64,000 nt of DNA from Dictyostelium discoideum (lineage: Eukaryota), in the NCBI GenBank assembly GCA_000004695.1, contig CM000150.2:1-64000 (forward strand), in the 5' to 3' direction. The position numbers and the translations under genes are program-made. The notes beneath the pieces were generated by a model. It made no database searches and was not told the DNA's origin. It worked only from the letters and a program-made list of their open reading frames with translations. This document shows positions 22,546 to 34,921 of this stretch, piece by piece (the first letter of the stretch is position 1; the number at the start of each line of letters is the position of its first letter).

Positions 22546-23291
22546 CTGGTAAGGTCACAGCAAAGAAAAATGCACCTTTAAAGCAAATTTAAAGCAAAGT
22601 TGATTTAAATTGGATTTAAATTGAATTTAAAGCCGCGTTTAAAAAATTCATATTTAAGGTAATTTTTAAGGTAATTTTTAAGATATTTAAAAATGCCTTT
22701 AAAATTTGCTTAAAAATTGCTTAAAAATTTATTTTAAAGGTGATTTTAAAGGTAATTTTAAAGGTAATTTTAAAGGTGGTTTTTAAGGTGATTTTTAAGA
22801 TGATTTTTAAGATATTTAAATAGGATTTAAAGTAGATTTAAAGTAGATTTAAAGTGAATTTAAATTTCCTTTAAATATAAATTTAAGGTTTTTAATAAAA
22901 AAGATCTAATTTTAGATAAAAAAAAATGGGGATAAAATATTCTATCATTTTTAAAATTTCATCAAAGCAATCAAATGGTGTAATGGTTGATGAGACTACC
23001 CTTTGATAGAGGGTCGGGGGATCGAATCCCTTTTGGTAATTTTTGAAAAATTAAAAAAAAATTAAAAAAAATTTTTCCTTTAAATAACGGCTTCGAACTC
23101 AGGACCTCGCTTTTAAAGCGATTAAAAAGGTAATTTTAAAGGTAATTTTAAAGGTAATTTTTAAGGTGATTTTAAAGTAACCTTAAAAATTACCTTTAAA
23201 ATTACCTTAAAAATTGCTTTAATTCAGGACTTTAAATTCGCTTTAAATTAAATTTAAATTTGCTTTAAAGGTGGTTTTTTCTTGGCTGTGG
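22546..23291. mobile_element. MITE (746 bp), complete, opposite orientation to 21645-22423, flanked by GT
   Basis: ggtaagGT[CACAGCAAAG...CTTGGCTGTG]GTaagataa, against the uninterrupted ggtaaggtaagataa at 42470. Confidence 0.85.
22966..23040 (+). other. tRNA-like segment inside the MITE core (not a clean cloverleaf)
   Basis: A perfect 5-bp stem ACCCT/AGGGT encloses the 7-nt loop TTGATAG (GAT in anticodon position, 23005-23007). It is followed by GGGGGATCGAATCCC (T-arm or B-box-like), an acceptor-like 7-mer and a T-run. D-arm and acceptor pairing cannot be completed. Confidence 0.3.
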
Positions 23292-23880
23292 TAAGATAAT
23301 TTTGAAGAAAAAGAATGGTACAGCGGTTCCAAATCTCTTATTTCTTTAATAGTTAAAGCATTGCGTGGTGTTTCTCAAAAGTTCATTGACTCTCCTGATG
23401 AACTTACTTACACTGAAAAGGTTGCTTTTGAATTCACTTCAATACCTCTTTATGCTCCAATAAATTAAATCGTTTAAATAAAAAAAAATTAATATGATTT
23501 CACATACTCAACTTTAATTTTTTCTTTTTTTTTTTAAATCTTTTTTAATTTTTATTTTAAATTATTATTTTTAATTTTTATTTTTAAAGTGATATTATTA
23601 ATATATCTTATCAATTTAACTTTATAATATAAATTTATAAAAGCACTTTTAAATTGAATTTTATAAATATTATTAATAAGAATAATTAATAAGTGTACTT
23701 ATAAAGAGTACATTATAATTATAATTAATAATTACGCTTAATAATTATACTTAATAAGTATACTTAATTAGTATATTTAAAAAGTATACTTTATAATTAT
23801 ACTTATTAAGTACACTTTATAATAGTACTATTTACATTCCTACTTTAAAGATGCTTTAAAGGTTTTTTTTTCGCCCCTGT

Positions 23881-26865
23881 GCAACGGTACCAACAACCGT
23901 TTTCAGAAGAACAAGAAGTAAACTTACCATGGGTGGACGTCTGTTCCACCACAAACAAGTTTGGAAAAAATTGGGTCTTCCAAACTTTTGTCAAGAGGTC
24001 CTAAATGGATTAAAAGTCCATCTACTTCCAAACTTCAAGCCGATGCTAAACCCAATTCCGATTTCAATTCCAGAGGGTCCGAAATCAGATTGCATCACAA
24101 AGGAAGTACAAGACTTGTTATTAGACGATGCCATCGAACAAGTACTTCCAAACCGTTATTCAAAGCGCGTTTTTTACTCCAACGTGTTTACGGTTCCAAA
24201 ACCTGGAACGAATCTACATCGTCCACAATACAGAGACTTATTCCGCTTCGTGTGGAAAGGTTCGCACTACCGTTGGTAAACAATGCCGTTCGGGTTATCG
24301 ACAGCTCCTCGTATCTTTACAATGTTGTTACTTGGACGATCTATTAATCGTCGGTTCAACAAATGAAAAATGTTTAGCCAACCTCAAAAAGACAATGGAC
24401 TTACTTGTCAAACTAGGTTTCAAGTTTAAGCTGGAAAAGAGTGTTCTCGAACCAACTCAATCAATTACATTTCTTGGATTACGAATCGATTCAATATCTA
24501 AGAAGCTTCTTGTTCCCAAAGAAAAGAAAAAAAGTGTCATCAAGGAAATAAGAAACTTTTTAAAACTAGATTGTTGCTCCCCAAGAAAGCTTGCTGGTTT
24601 AAAAGGAAAGCTAATGGCACTGAAAGATGCAGTCATCCCATTCAGACTTTACACTCGTCGAACAAACAAGTTTCACTCTCAGTGTCTAACTTTTAGCCAA
24701 TGGAGATTGGGATCAATCATTCCCCATTCCTCACGAGGTCAGGTCAGAGATTTCGCATTGGTTAACAATTCTAAACCAATGGAAAAGAAATCAGTCTGTT
24801 TCCAAGTTACGACTATGTTCTTACAGTGGTCAACAACTCAATCAAACATGTCATTAAATCGTCGAGAAATGCTCGCGCTGTTAATGGCTTATCAATCGCT
24901 ATGTCGGAAACTGAACAACTGCAAGCTGAAGATTCAAACCGACAACACTACCACTCTTTCTTACATCAATCGCCAGGGTGGTCAGATACAAGATCTCTTA
25001 GTTCTGTTCGAACAACTTTGGAAACAATGCCTCAAGAAGAAAGTGAACTTGATTGGAGAGCCTATTCCAGGATTCTTCAATGTAAAAGCCGACCACCTCG
25101 GCCGTCTTTCAGAAATGAATCACAAATCATCGTTCATAGTAATCAAGAGTTACAACTGGCAACTGAAGAAGGAAGTGTTCAATCGTATCCAACTTCAATT
25201 CGGTCAAATACAGATGGATCTGTTCGCATCTCACCTCAACCATCAAACGACCAACTACTCAACCATCAGAATGAATGCACTCAACCTCGATTGGAGTCAA
25301 TGGAAGCAATGTCTAGCCTTCCCACCACCCATTCTTTTGCCTTCTATCGTGGAGAAGATAAACTCATCCAGTTCGAAGAAGGTTTCTACAATACTGATCT
25401 TCCCAATCTGGAGATCAGCAACTTGGTATCTGATGATTCAAGCACAAGTTCCTCGTCATCATCGTCACATGTTTCCTCAAGTACTGGGAACATTCCAAGA
25501 AGTATTGACCAAACAATCAGTAGAGTCGATACCAATTCAGATTCAACAACGTTGGAAGTTAAGGATTATTCAACTTTCCAATATCATGTAATGTCCTTCG
25601 CTCGTACAACAAATACAAAAACAGCTGAAGTCTTGGGAACCTTCCATTCTCAAAGTATATAGCTCCAGTTATACAAGATTCCGCAATTTTTGTACTTTGA
25701 ACTCTTTGAATCCAGCAAACATTACCTTAGTTGTCTTCTTGGATTATCTTACACATCTGTTCAAGCACAAACCTCCGTTAGCCTTCTCAACAATTAACGG
25801 TCATCGATCTATGTTGAATCAGTTGTTACTCCTTAGGAATCAAACTGATATTGTTAATGATCCATTCATTACAAGAATTATGACTGGTATTCACAAGTTG
25901 CGTCCTTAATCAGTAAAGTATAAAGAGATATGGGATGCAAATCAAGTATTAAAGCACTTATCTACCATCAAAGTCATCCACCAAGTACACATACACTTAT
26001 CTACTATCAAGGTCTCATTATTACTACTGAATCAATCAAAGGTCCGGTTATTAATGCTAAAGAACAAAGAAGTGGTGTTGTTTCAATCTTAGAATTAACT
26101 TCGTTAGATGATAAAAACTCTCAAGTATGTCCTGTTCGCCACCTTGCAACATACCTTAGAGCCTCTAAAGGAAGAAGAAAGCCCCCATTCGGGTAACTCC
26201 GTCTTTATTAAGAATGAGAGTGAACCGCTCCAAGTTAATGATATTAACTCAATTGTACTATCAACACTCTCAAAGTCAGGTATTGATATTGTCAAGTTCA
26301 AATCTCACTCTACCCGTTCCGCTATGGCTTCTCTACTGTTGTCCAATAACGTTCCGTTCCACGTTGTCAAGAAGATGGGTCGTTGGAAATCAAACGATAC
26401 TGTAGATACCTTCTAGGATAAAAGAATCATTGGTGAAAAATCTGGTGGTTTCTTAAATACTGTAGTCCAAATTTCATAATATATATATATATGATAATAT
26501 AAATTAAAAATTTATTAAATTATATTTTATATTAAAAATTAATATATATTATTCCCATCCCACCCGCCCATAGTCGGAATTCCATAAATCAAATTGTTTT
26601 AGTTTTTAGTGCCACTATTTTTATTTTTTTTATTTTCTTAAAAATTTCACAAAACTGTTTTTGCCACTTGGCATAATTATCGCGCCACGTGGAAATTTTT
26701 TACTTTTCTTTCGAAAATTTTTACTTTTCTTTCGAAAATTTTTTTTTCTTCGAATGTTCTAGAACATTCTAAAAAATTATCTTATATATTTGGGAAATTC
26801 TAATAAATAAATGTTATTCATAATATATATATATATATTTTATATAATAAATTAAATTTTTAATT
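23881..26865 (+). mobile_element. DIRS-1 copy F: 5'-truncated at the ORF1 end, heavily degenerate (deletions, stops), partial right ITR
   Basis: Eight short ORFs (23929..26416) all match DIRS proteins in broken frames. The ITR at about 26480-26865 has internal deletions and a duplicated tttcgaaaattttt. Confidence 0.85.
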
Positions 26866-27830
26866 TATGGCTTCACTTTAGCATCTGAGGGAGAAACGTA
26901 ATATTTTTTTATAATATGAAAAGCGTTGGGGCCTTCACAAATAGCAGGTCGATTATACTCTAATTTGCATTGAATGTGGTGCCCAAAACCTACTGGTATG
27001 GGATCGCTCGGTTATCCTTCATGATGTTTTCTGTTCTGGGGTTAATAAGCTGCCTAGCATCCTGATAGGGGGTAGGAATTGACGCTACCTGTTGCGGAGT
27101 TTGGAGGTCAATTTGGACCCGCATCAAATTCAAACATAACTTCGATAGCGATAGATTTAGTTGGTATAGATACACATAAGGTTATGCCAATGTCTGAAGG
27201 AAGTAGGTCGAAAAGTACTCAAAATAGGGTGCTTCCCATAAGCGGTGCAGATAGAGCGCCAATGGTTATTTCCCCATTTTTGTTGATGGTCAATTTGGAT
27301 ATCTTGAAACGGTATCTTCTTCTAGCCATCTAGTACAGGAACGGTGAGTCGATCTATTTGTTGAAAACTTAAAATATAGCAGCGGTTGTTGAAAGTTTGC
27401 TTATGATAATTACGATGTAGGTCCAATATANCTTTATCATAGGCGAGGAGCCAAGTAAAATATTCGATACAAGGCAGATAATGTAGGTCGATGAGAAAGA
27501 TCTTATTGTCCCAATACATGGGGAATTAGTAATTATTGCTTGGCATGTAAATCAACTGAAGTCTCGTCCTAGCTTGGGTTTACAGCCTGTCTATCAATAA
27601 AGCCTTCGAGTCTTGTCAAGGGGTAATGATCAGACAACAAGTCAAATCCTATACTCTATAAGCAGGCTTAGTCTAAGCAAGTAATAAATGAGTTCTTCCC
27701 ATGGACTTATTCGGAACAATGGGTTAATTTTTGTAGTTGTTTATTGAATATAATAAAGGGGATGCCGATCAATAAAGTAACCCAGCTAATAAGTTTAAAC
27801 ACTTCTAGATCTCCTAGGCTAATCGCTTTT
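26866..27830. other. Higher-G+C island I2 of unknown origin (contains one ambiguous base, n at 27431)
   Basis: Composition differs from the flanks. Only short ORFs without recognisable motifs. Bounded by DIRS ITR ends on both sides. Confidence 0.4.
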
Positions 27831-27851
27831 ATATTATCATATATATATATT

Positions 27852-27889
27852 CACAGCAAAGAAAAATCCACCTTTAAAGCAAATTTTAA
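27852..27889. mobile_element. Solo MITE or element X terminus (CACAGCAAAGAAAAATCCACCTTTAAAGCAAATTTTA) inside a DIRS ITR end
   Basis: The 38-bp TIR sequence is flanked on both sides by the ITR end motif attatcatatatatatat. Confidence 0.5.
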
Positions 27890-30800
27890 ATTATCATATA
27901 TATATATATATTATGAATAACATTTATTTATTTGAATTTCCCAAATATTTAAGATAATTTTTTAGAATGTTCTAGAACATTCGAAGAATAAAAAATTTTC
28001 GAAAGAAAAGTAAAAATTTCGAACCGGCACAATGACGCGATAATTGCGCAAGGTCGAAAAACTGAAAAATTCCGAACCGACACTATGCACAAAGTTGTGG
28101 AGGGTCGAAAACTCTTATTTTTTTGAGTTTTGCGAAATTTTTAAGAAAATAAAAACGTATAAATAGTGGCACTAAAAACTAAAACAATTTGATTTATTTT
28201 ATTTGGGAATTCCTCCTATATATATTTAAGATACACACACACACAAATTTTATACAAATAATTATTTCTCTTTATTAATTTTTAATATTATTATTTTTCT
28301 CATATTATAATTTTAGATATCAACAATAAAATATGTCTACCACTGTTAATAATAACGAAGCCTCTAGTAGTAGTACCTCTGCCACTAATAGCGCTGAATC
28401 CTTTGATTTAAGAATGAAATCAATGGAGGATCAAATCAACAACCTTTCCTTAGCCTTTACAAGATTCATGAAAGAACCTATGTTCTCTTCTAATACCAAC
28501 TCTCGTAGCCAACCTTCTCATGATAACTCTGACACCGAGAATGAACAAAGTGAAGATGAATCAAGTAACAATGTCGATGTTCCAACCGATTATCAATTAT
28601 CCGATACCTTACTTGGTCAGTACAAACATATGGTAAACAATCAAGGTTTACTCGTCGAAGAAGAATGTATCCTCAAGAAAGATGAGATATCCGAATTGAA
28701 TAAAGTATTCAACTTTCCATCTAACTTCCAAGTGAATGTCGCTCCATTCGGTACACCTGAAGGTATTACTGTATCATCCAACGTCAAGAACAATGATACT
28801 GACTTGTTGATTGTCGAAAAGCGAATCAACGATAGCTTAAAACCTTTGCTTCTTATGTCAAGTATGTTATCATCTGATAGCTCTAATGTCGATGTAGAAC
28901 TCAGAGTGCAATTGTCTTAGCCGTTAATGCTCAAGCATCGCTTAGTCGTGTCCGTCGTAACAACATCGCTAAAGAAATCTATGGTTCTGAAGTACTCTTA
29001 CCAATTAAGATCAAGGATACACCAAAGATGTTTGATGAAACTGAAACTGAACGTGTAAGAAAGCTAGCCAAATCAATCAGAAAGAACAACGAAGCAAAAC
29101 AATCATTGTTAAAATTGAATTATCATTCCAAGTCCAATGCCAAGAAATCAGTTAACTCAAGTGGTAATAACACTACAGGAAACAGTAGTAATAGTAAATC
29201 CAGTAGTGGGAGTAATGGCCGATCTAACAACTTCAATGGATCACCAAGTAATGTTGCATCAGGTAGCAACAATACCAAGTCTGCCAACGGTACCAACAAC
29301 CGTTTTCAGAAGAACAGGAAGTAAACTTACCAGTAGGTGGACGTCTGTTCCACCACAAACAAGTTTGGAAAGAATTGGGTCTTCCAAACTTTTGTCAAGA
29401 GGTCGTAAATGGATTAAAAGTCCATCTACTTCCAAACTTCAAGCCGATGCTAAACCCAATTCCGATTTCAATTCCAGAGGGTCCGAAATCAGATTGTATC
29501 ACAAAGGAAGTACAAGACTTGTTATTAGACGATGCCATCGAACAAGTACTTCCAAACCGTTATTCAAAGCGCGTTTTTTACTCCAACGTGTTTACGGTTC
29601 CAAAACCTGGAACGACTCTACATCGTCCAGTTCTAGATTTAAAAAGGTTAAACACTTACATCAACAACCAATCATTCAAGATGGAAGGAATCAAGAATCT
29701 ACCATCAATGGTCAAACAAGGTTATTACATGGTAAAACTCGATATCAAGAAAGCCTACCTCCACGTTTTAGTAGATCCACAATACAGAGACTTATTCCGC
29801 TTCGTGTGGAAAGGTTCGCATTACCGTTGGAAAGCAATGCCGTTCGGGTTATCGACAGCTCCTCGTATCTTTACAATGTTGTTAAGACCTGTACTTCGAA
29901 TGTTGAGAGATATCAACGTATCCGTCATCGCTTACTTGGACGATCTATTAATCGTCGGTTCAACAAAAGAAGAATGTTTATCCAACCTCAAAAAGACAAT
30001 GGACTTACTTGTCAAACTAGGTTTCAAGTTAAATCTAGAAAAGATTGTTCTCGAACCAACTCAATTAATTACATTTCTCGGATTACAAATCGATTCGGTA
30101 TCAATGAAGCTTCTTGTTCCCAAAGAAAAGAAGAAAGGTGTCATTAAGGAAATAAGAAACTTTTTAAAACTAGATTGTTGTTCCCCAAGAAAGCTTGCTG
30201 GTTTAAAAGGAAAGCTAATCGCACTGAAAGATGCAGTCATCCCATTCAGACTTTACACTCGTCGAACAAACAAGTTTCACTCTCAGTGTCTGACTCTAGC
30301 CAACGGAGATTGGGATCAATCATTCCCCATTCCCCAAGAGGTCAAGTCAGAGATTTCACATTGGTTAACAGTTCTAAACCAATGGAATGGAAAAGAAATC
30401 AGTCTGTTTCCAAGTTACGACTATGTTCTTACAACCGATGCCTCGGAATCAGGTGCAGGTGCCACACTCAAGAAAGGAAACAAGGTAATCAAAACTTGGT
30501 CATTCCAGTGGTCAACAACTCAATCAAACATGTCGTCAAATCGTCGAGAAATGCTCGCGCTGCTAATGGCTTATCAAGCGCTATGTCGGAAACTGAACAA
30601 CTGCAAGCTGAAGATTCAAACCGACAACACTACCACTCTCTCTTACATCAATCGCCAGGGTGGTCAAATACAAGATCTCTCAGTTCTGTTCGAACAACTT
30701 TGGAAACAATGCCTCAAGAAGAAAGTGAACTTGATTGGAGAGCATATTCCAGGATTCTTCAATGTAAAAGCCGACCACCTCAGCCGTCTTTCAGAGATGA

Positions 30801-32690
30801 ATCACAAATCATCGACCAGAGTAATCAAGAGTTACAACTGGCAACTGAAGAAGGAAGTGTTCAATCGCATCCAACTTCAATTCGGTCAAATACAGATGGA
30901 TCTGTTCGCATCTCACCTGAACCATCAAACGAGCAACTACTCAACAATCAGAATGAATGCACTCCACCTCGATTGGAGTCAATGGAGGCAATGTCTGGCC
31001 TTCCCACCACCCATTCTTTTGCCTTCTATCCTGGAGAAGATGAACTCATACAGTTCGAAGAAGGTTTCTACAATACTGATCTTCCCAATCTGGAGATCAG
31101 CAACTTGGTATCCGATGATTCAAGCTCAAGTTCCTCGTCATCATCGTCACATGTTTCCTCAAGTACTGGGAACATTCCAAGAAGTATTGACCAAACAATC
31201 AGTAGAGTCGATACCAATCCAGATTCAACAACGTTGGAAACTGGGGATTATTCAACTTTCCAATCTCATGTAATGTCATTCGCTCGTACAACAAATACAA
31301 AAACAGCTGAGCTGTTAATGAAGTCTTGGGAACCTTCAACTCTCAAAGTATATAGCTCCAGTTATACAAGATTCCGCAATTTCTGTACTTTGAACTCTTT
31401 GAATCCAGCAAACATAACCTTAGTTGTTTTCATGGATTATCTTACACATCTGTTCAAGCACAAACCTCCGTTAGCCTTCTCAACAATTAACGGTCATCGC
31501 TCTATGTTGAATCAGTTGTTACTCCTTAGGAATCAAACTGATATTGTTAATGATCCATTCATTACAAGAATTATGACTGGTATTCACAAGTTGCGTCCTT
31601 CATCAGCAAAGTATAAAGAGATATGGGATGCAAACCAAGTATTCAAGCACTTATCTACTATCAAAGTCATCCCTAAGTACACATACACTGCGCTATTAAA
31701 TAAGACACTTGTACTCTGTAAAATGTTTGGTTTAGCAAGATCATCAGACTTGGTGAAGTGGTCGTTCAAAGGTCTCATTATTACTCCTGACTCAATCAAA
31801 GGTCCAGTTATCAATGCTAAAGAACAAAGAAGTGGTGTTGTTTCAATCTTAGAATTAACATCGTTAGATGATACTAACTCTCAAGTATGCCCTGTTCGCC
31901 ACCTTGCAACATACCTTAGAGCTTCTAAAGGAAGAAGAAAGCCCCATTCGGGTGACTCTGTCTTTATTAAGAATGAGGGTGAACCGCTTCAAGTTAATGA
32001 TATTAATTCAATTGTACTATCAACACTCTCAAAGTCAGGTATTGATATTGTCAAGTTCAAATCTCACTCTACCCGTTCCGCTATGGCTTCTCTGCTGTTG
32101 TCCAATAACGCTCCGTTCCACGTTGTAAAGAAGTTGGGTCGTTGGAAATCAAACGATACTGTAGATACTTTCTACGATAAAAGAATCATTGGTGAAAAAT
32201 CTGGTGGTTTCTTAAATACTGTCGTCCAAATTTCATAATATATATATATATATGATAATATAAATTAAAAATTTAATTTATTAAATTATATTTTATATTA
32301 AATATATATATATATATTAGTCCCATCCCACCCGCCCTTAGTCGGAATTCCATAAATCAAATTGTTTTAGTTTTTAGTGCCACTATTTATACGTTTTTAT
32401 TTTCTTAAAAATTTCGCAAAACTCAAAAAAATAAGAGTTTTCGACCCTTCACAACTTTGTGCATAGTGTCGGTTCGGAATTTTTTAGTTTTTTCGACCTT
32501 GCGCAATGATCGCGTCATTGTGCCGGTTCGAAATTTTTACTTTTCTTTCGAAAATTTTTTATTCTTCGAATGTTCTAGAACATTCTAAAAAATTATCTTA
32601 AATATTTGGGAAATTCAAATAAATAAATGTTATTCATAATATATATATATATATTTAATATAAAATATAATTTAATAAATTAAATTTTTA
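27890..32690 (+). mobile_element. DIRS-1 copy G: full length with both ITRs; RT ORF intact, ORF1 and recombinase ORF frameshifted
   Basis: ORF1 28333..28920 stops after a 16-bp deletion (DVELRVQLS*). RT 29375..31273 is 632 aa. The recombinase frame is split (29137..30147 and 30175..32238). Confidence 0.9.
29375..31273 (+). CDS. DIRS-1 RT/RNase H/MT ORF, intact (632 aa), copy G
   Basis: Full-length match to 4906..6804. Confidence 0.8.
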   Translation: MGLPNFCQEVVNGLKVHLLPNFKPMLNPIPISIPEGPKSDCITKEVQDLLLDDAIEQVLPNRYSKRVFYSNVFTVPKPGTTLHRPVLDLKRLNTYINNQSFKMEGIKNLPSMVKQGYYMVKLDIKKAYLHVLVDPQYRDLFRFVWKGSHYRWKAMPFGLSTAPRIFTMLLRPVLRMLRDINVSVIAYLDDLLIVGSTKEECLSNLKKTMDLLVKLGFKLNLEKIVLEPTQLITFLGLQIDSVSMKLLVPKEKKKGVIKEIRNFLKLDCCSPRKLAGLKGKLIALKDAVIPFRLYTRRTNKFHSQCLTLANGDWDQSFPIPQEVKSEISHWLTVLNQWNGKEISLFPSYDYVLTTDASESGAGATLKKGNKVIKTWSFQWSTTQSNMSSNRREMLALLMAYQALCRKLNNCKLKIQTDNTTTLSYINRQGGQIQDLSVLFEQLWKQCLKKKVNLIGEHIPGFFNVKADHLSRLSEMNHKSSTRVIKSYNWQLKKEVFNRIQLQFGQIQMDLFASHLNHQTSNYSTIRMNALHLDWSQWRQCLAFPPPILLPSILEKMNSYSSKKVSTILIFPIWRSATWYPMIQAQVPRHHRHMFPQVLGTFQEVLTKQSVESIPIQIQQRWKLGIIQLSNLM

Positions 32691-34921
32691 AACTTTCCAT
32701 CTAACTTCCAAGTGAATGTCGCTCCATTCGGTACACCTGAAGGTATTACTGTATCATCCAACGTCAAGAACAATGATACTGACTTGTTGATTGTCGAAAA
32801 GCGAATCAACGATAGCTTGAAACCTTTGCTTCTCATGTCAAGTATGTTATCATCTGATAGCTCCAATGTCGATGTAGAACTTATTAGTTACTTAACTCAG
32901 AGTGCAATCGTCTTAGCCGTTAATGCTCAAGCATCGCTTAGTCGTGTCCGTCGTAAAAACATCGCTAAAGAAATCTATGGTTCTGAAGTACTCTTACCAA
33001 TTAAGATCAAGGATACACCAAAGATGTTTGATGAAACTGAAACTGAACGTGTAAGAAAGCTAGCCAAGTCAATCAGAAAGAACAACGAAGCTAAACAATC
33101 ATTGTTAAAATTGAATTATCATTCCAAGTCCAATGTCAAGAAATCAGTTAACTCAAGTGGTAATAACACTACAGGAAACAGTAGTAATAGTAAATCCAGT
33201 AGTGGGAGTAATGGCCGATCTAACAACTTCAATGGATCACCAAGTAATGTTGCATCAGGTAGCAACAATACCAAGTCTGCCAACGGTACCAACAACCGTT
33301 TTCAGAAGAACAAGAAGTAAACTTACCAGTATGTGGACGTCTGTTCCACCACAAACAAGTTTGGAAAGAATTGGGTCTTCCAAACTTTTGTCAAGAGGTC
33401 GTAAATGGATTAAAAGTCCATCTACTTCCAAATTTCAAGCCGATGCTAAACCCAATTCCGATTTCAATTCCAGAGGGTCCAAAATCAGATTGTATCACAA
33501 AGGAAGTACAAGACTTGTTATCAGACGATGCCATCGAACAAGTACTTCCAAACTGTTATTCAAAACGCGTTTTTTACTCCAACGTGTTTACGGTTCCAAA
33601 ACCTGGGACGAATCTACATCGTCCAGTTCTAGATTTAAAAAGGTTAAACACCTACATCAACAACCAATCATTCAAGAAGGAAGGAATCAAGAATCTACCA
33701 TCAATGGTCAAACAAGGTTATTACATGGTAAAACTCGATATCAAGAAAGCTTACCTCCACGTATTAGTAGATCCACAATACAGAGACTTATTCCGCTTCG
33801 TGTGGAAAGGTTCACATTACCGTTGGAAAACAATGCCGTTCGGGTTATCGACAGCTCCTCGTATCTTTACAATGCTGTTAAGACCTGTACTTTCTTGAAT
33901 ACCAGAGACTTATTCCGCTTCGTGTGGAAAGGTTCGCATTACCGTTGGAAAACAATGCCGTTCGGGTTATCAACAGCTCCTCGTATCTTTACAATGCTGT
34001 TAAGACCTTTACTTCGAATGTTGAGAGATATCAACGTATCCGTCATCGCATACTTGGACGATCTATTAATCGTCGGTTCAACAAAAGAAGAATGTATATC
34101 CAACCTCAAAAAGACAATTGACTTACTTGTCAAACTAGGCTTCAAGTTAAACCTAGAAAAGAGTGTTCTCGAACCAACTCAATCAATTACGTTTCTCGGG
34201 TTACAGATCGATTCGGTATCAATGAAGCTTCTTGTTCCCAAAGAAAAGAAAAAAAGTGTCATCAAGGAAATAAGAAACTTTTTAAAACTAGATTGTTGCT
34301 CCCCAAGAAAGCTTGCTGGTTTAAAAGGAAAGTTAATCGCACTGAAAGATGCAGTCATCCCATTCAGACTTTACACTCGTCGAACAAACAAGTTTTCATG
34401 GATTATCTTACACGTCTGTTCAAGCACAAACCTCCGTTAGCCTTCTCAACAATTAACGGTCATCGCTCTGTGTTGAATCAGTTGTTACTCCTTAGGAATC
34501 AAACTGATATTGTTAATGATCCATTCATCTCAAGAATTATGACTAATATTCACAAGTTGCGCCCTTCATCAGCAAAGTATAAAGAGATATGGGATGCAAA
34601 TCAAGTATTCAAGCACTTATCTACTATCAAAGTCATCCCTAAGTACACATACACTGCGCTATTAAACAAGACATTTGTACTCTGTAAAATGTTTGGTTTA
34701 GCAAGATCACCAGACTTGTTTAAGTGGTCGTTCAAAGGTCTCATTATTACTCCTGACTCAATCAAAGGTCCAGTTATTAATGCTAAAGAACAAAGAAATG
34801 GTGTTGTTTCAATCTTAGAATTAACATCGTTAGATGATACAAACTCTCAAGTATGCCCTGTTCGCCACCTTGCAACATACCTTAGAGCCTCTAAAGGAAG
34901 AAGAAAACCCCATTCGGGTGA
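32691..34921 (+). mobile_element. DIRS-1 copy H: starts mid-ORF1 directly after copy G's ITR, with internal duplication and deletion, truncated in the recombinase ORF
   Basis: YRDLFRFVWKGSHYRWKTMPFGLSTAPRIFTMLLRP is duplicated at 33780-34010. A deletion joins the RT end to the recombinase middle at about 34395. Ends ...PHSGD at 34921. Confidence 0.85.

Larger units (their letters stand above)
20552..23880 (+). mobile_element. Element X copy (ii): 3' portion with internal deletions and two nested MITE insertions, ending in the 3' TIR ...TTTCGCCCCTGTG
   Basis: Homologous to 40905-43825 (KKIGITDYDRSWVE..., MTLNNSASFETPNRSGNYVNRS..., ...KEWYSGSKPLISLIVKALRGVSQKF...). About 330 bp is deleted near 20760, and a deletion at 23292 joins an intron donor to the last exon. 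Confidence 0.7.

Noticed and set aside
22966-23040. Possible tRNA-Ile(GAU)-like gene in the MITE core; similar candidates at 16480-16575, 21895-21970 and 44545-44625
   Set aside because: Only the anticodon-type stem-loop and a T-arm-like box can be drawn. The D-arm and acceptor stem do not pair, and the sequence is a repeated internal part of a transposon. It is treated as a tRNA-like module, not a tRNA gene.
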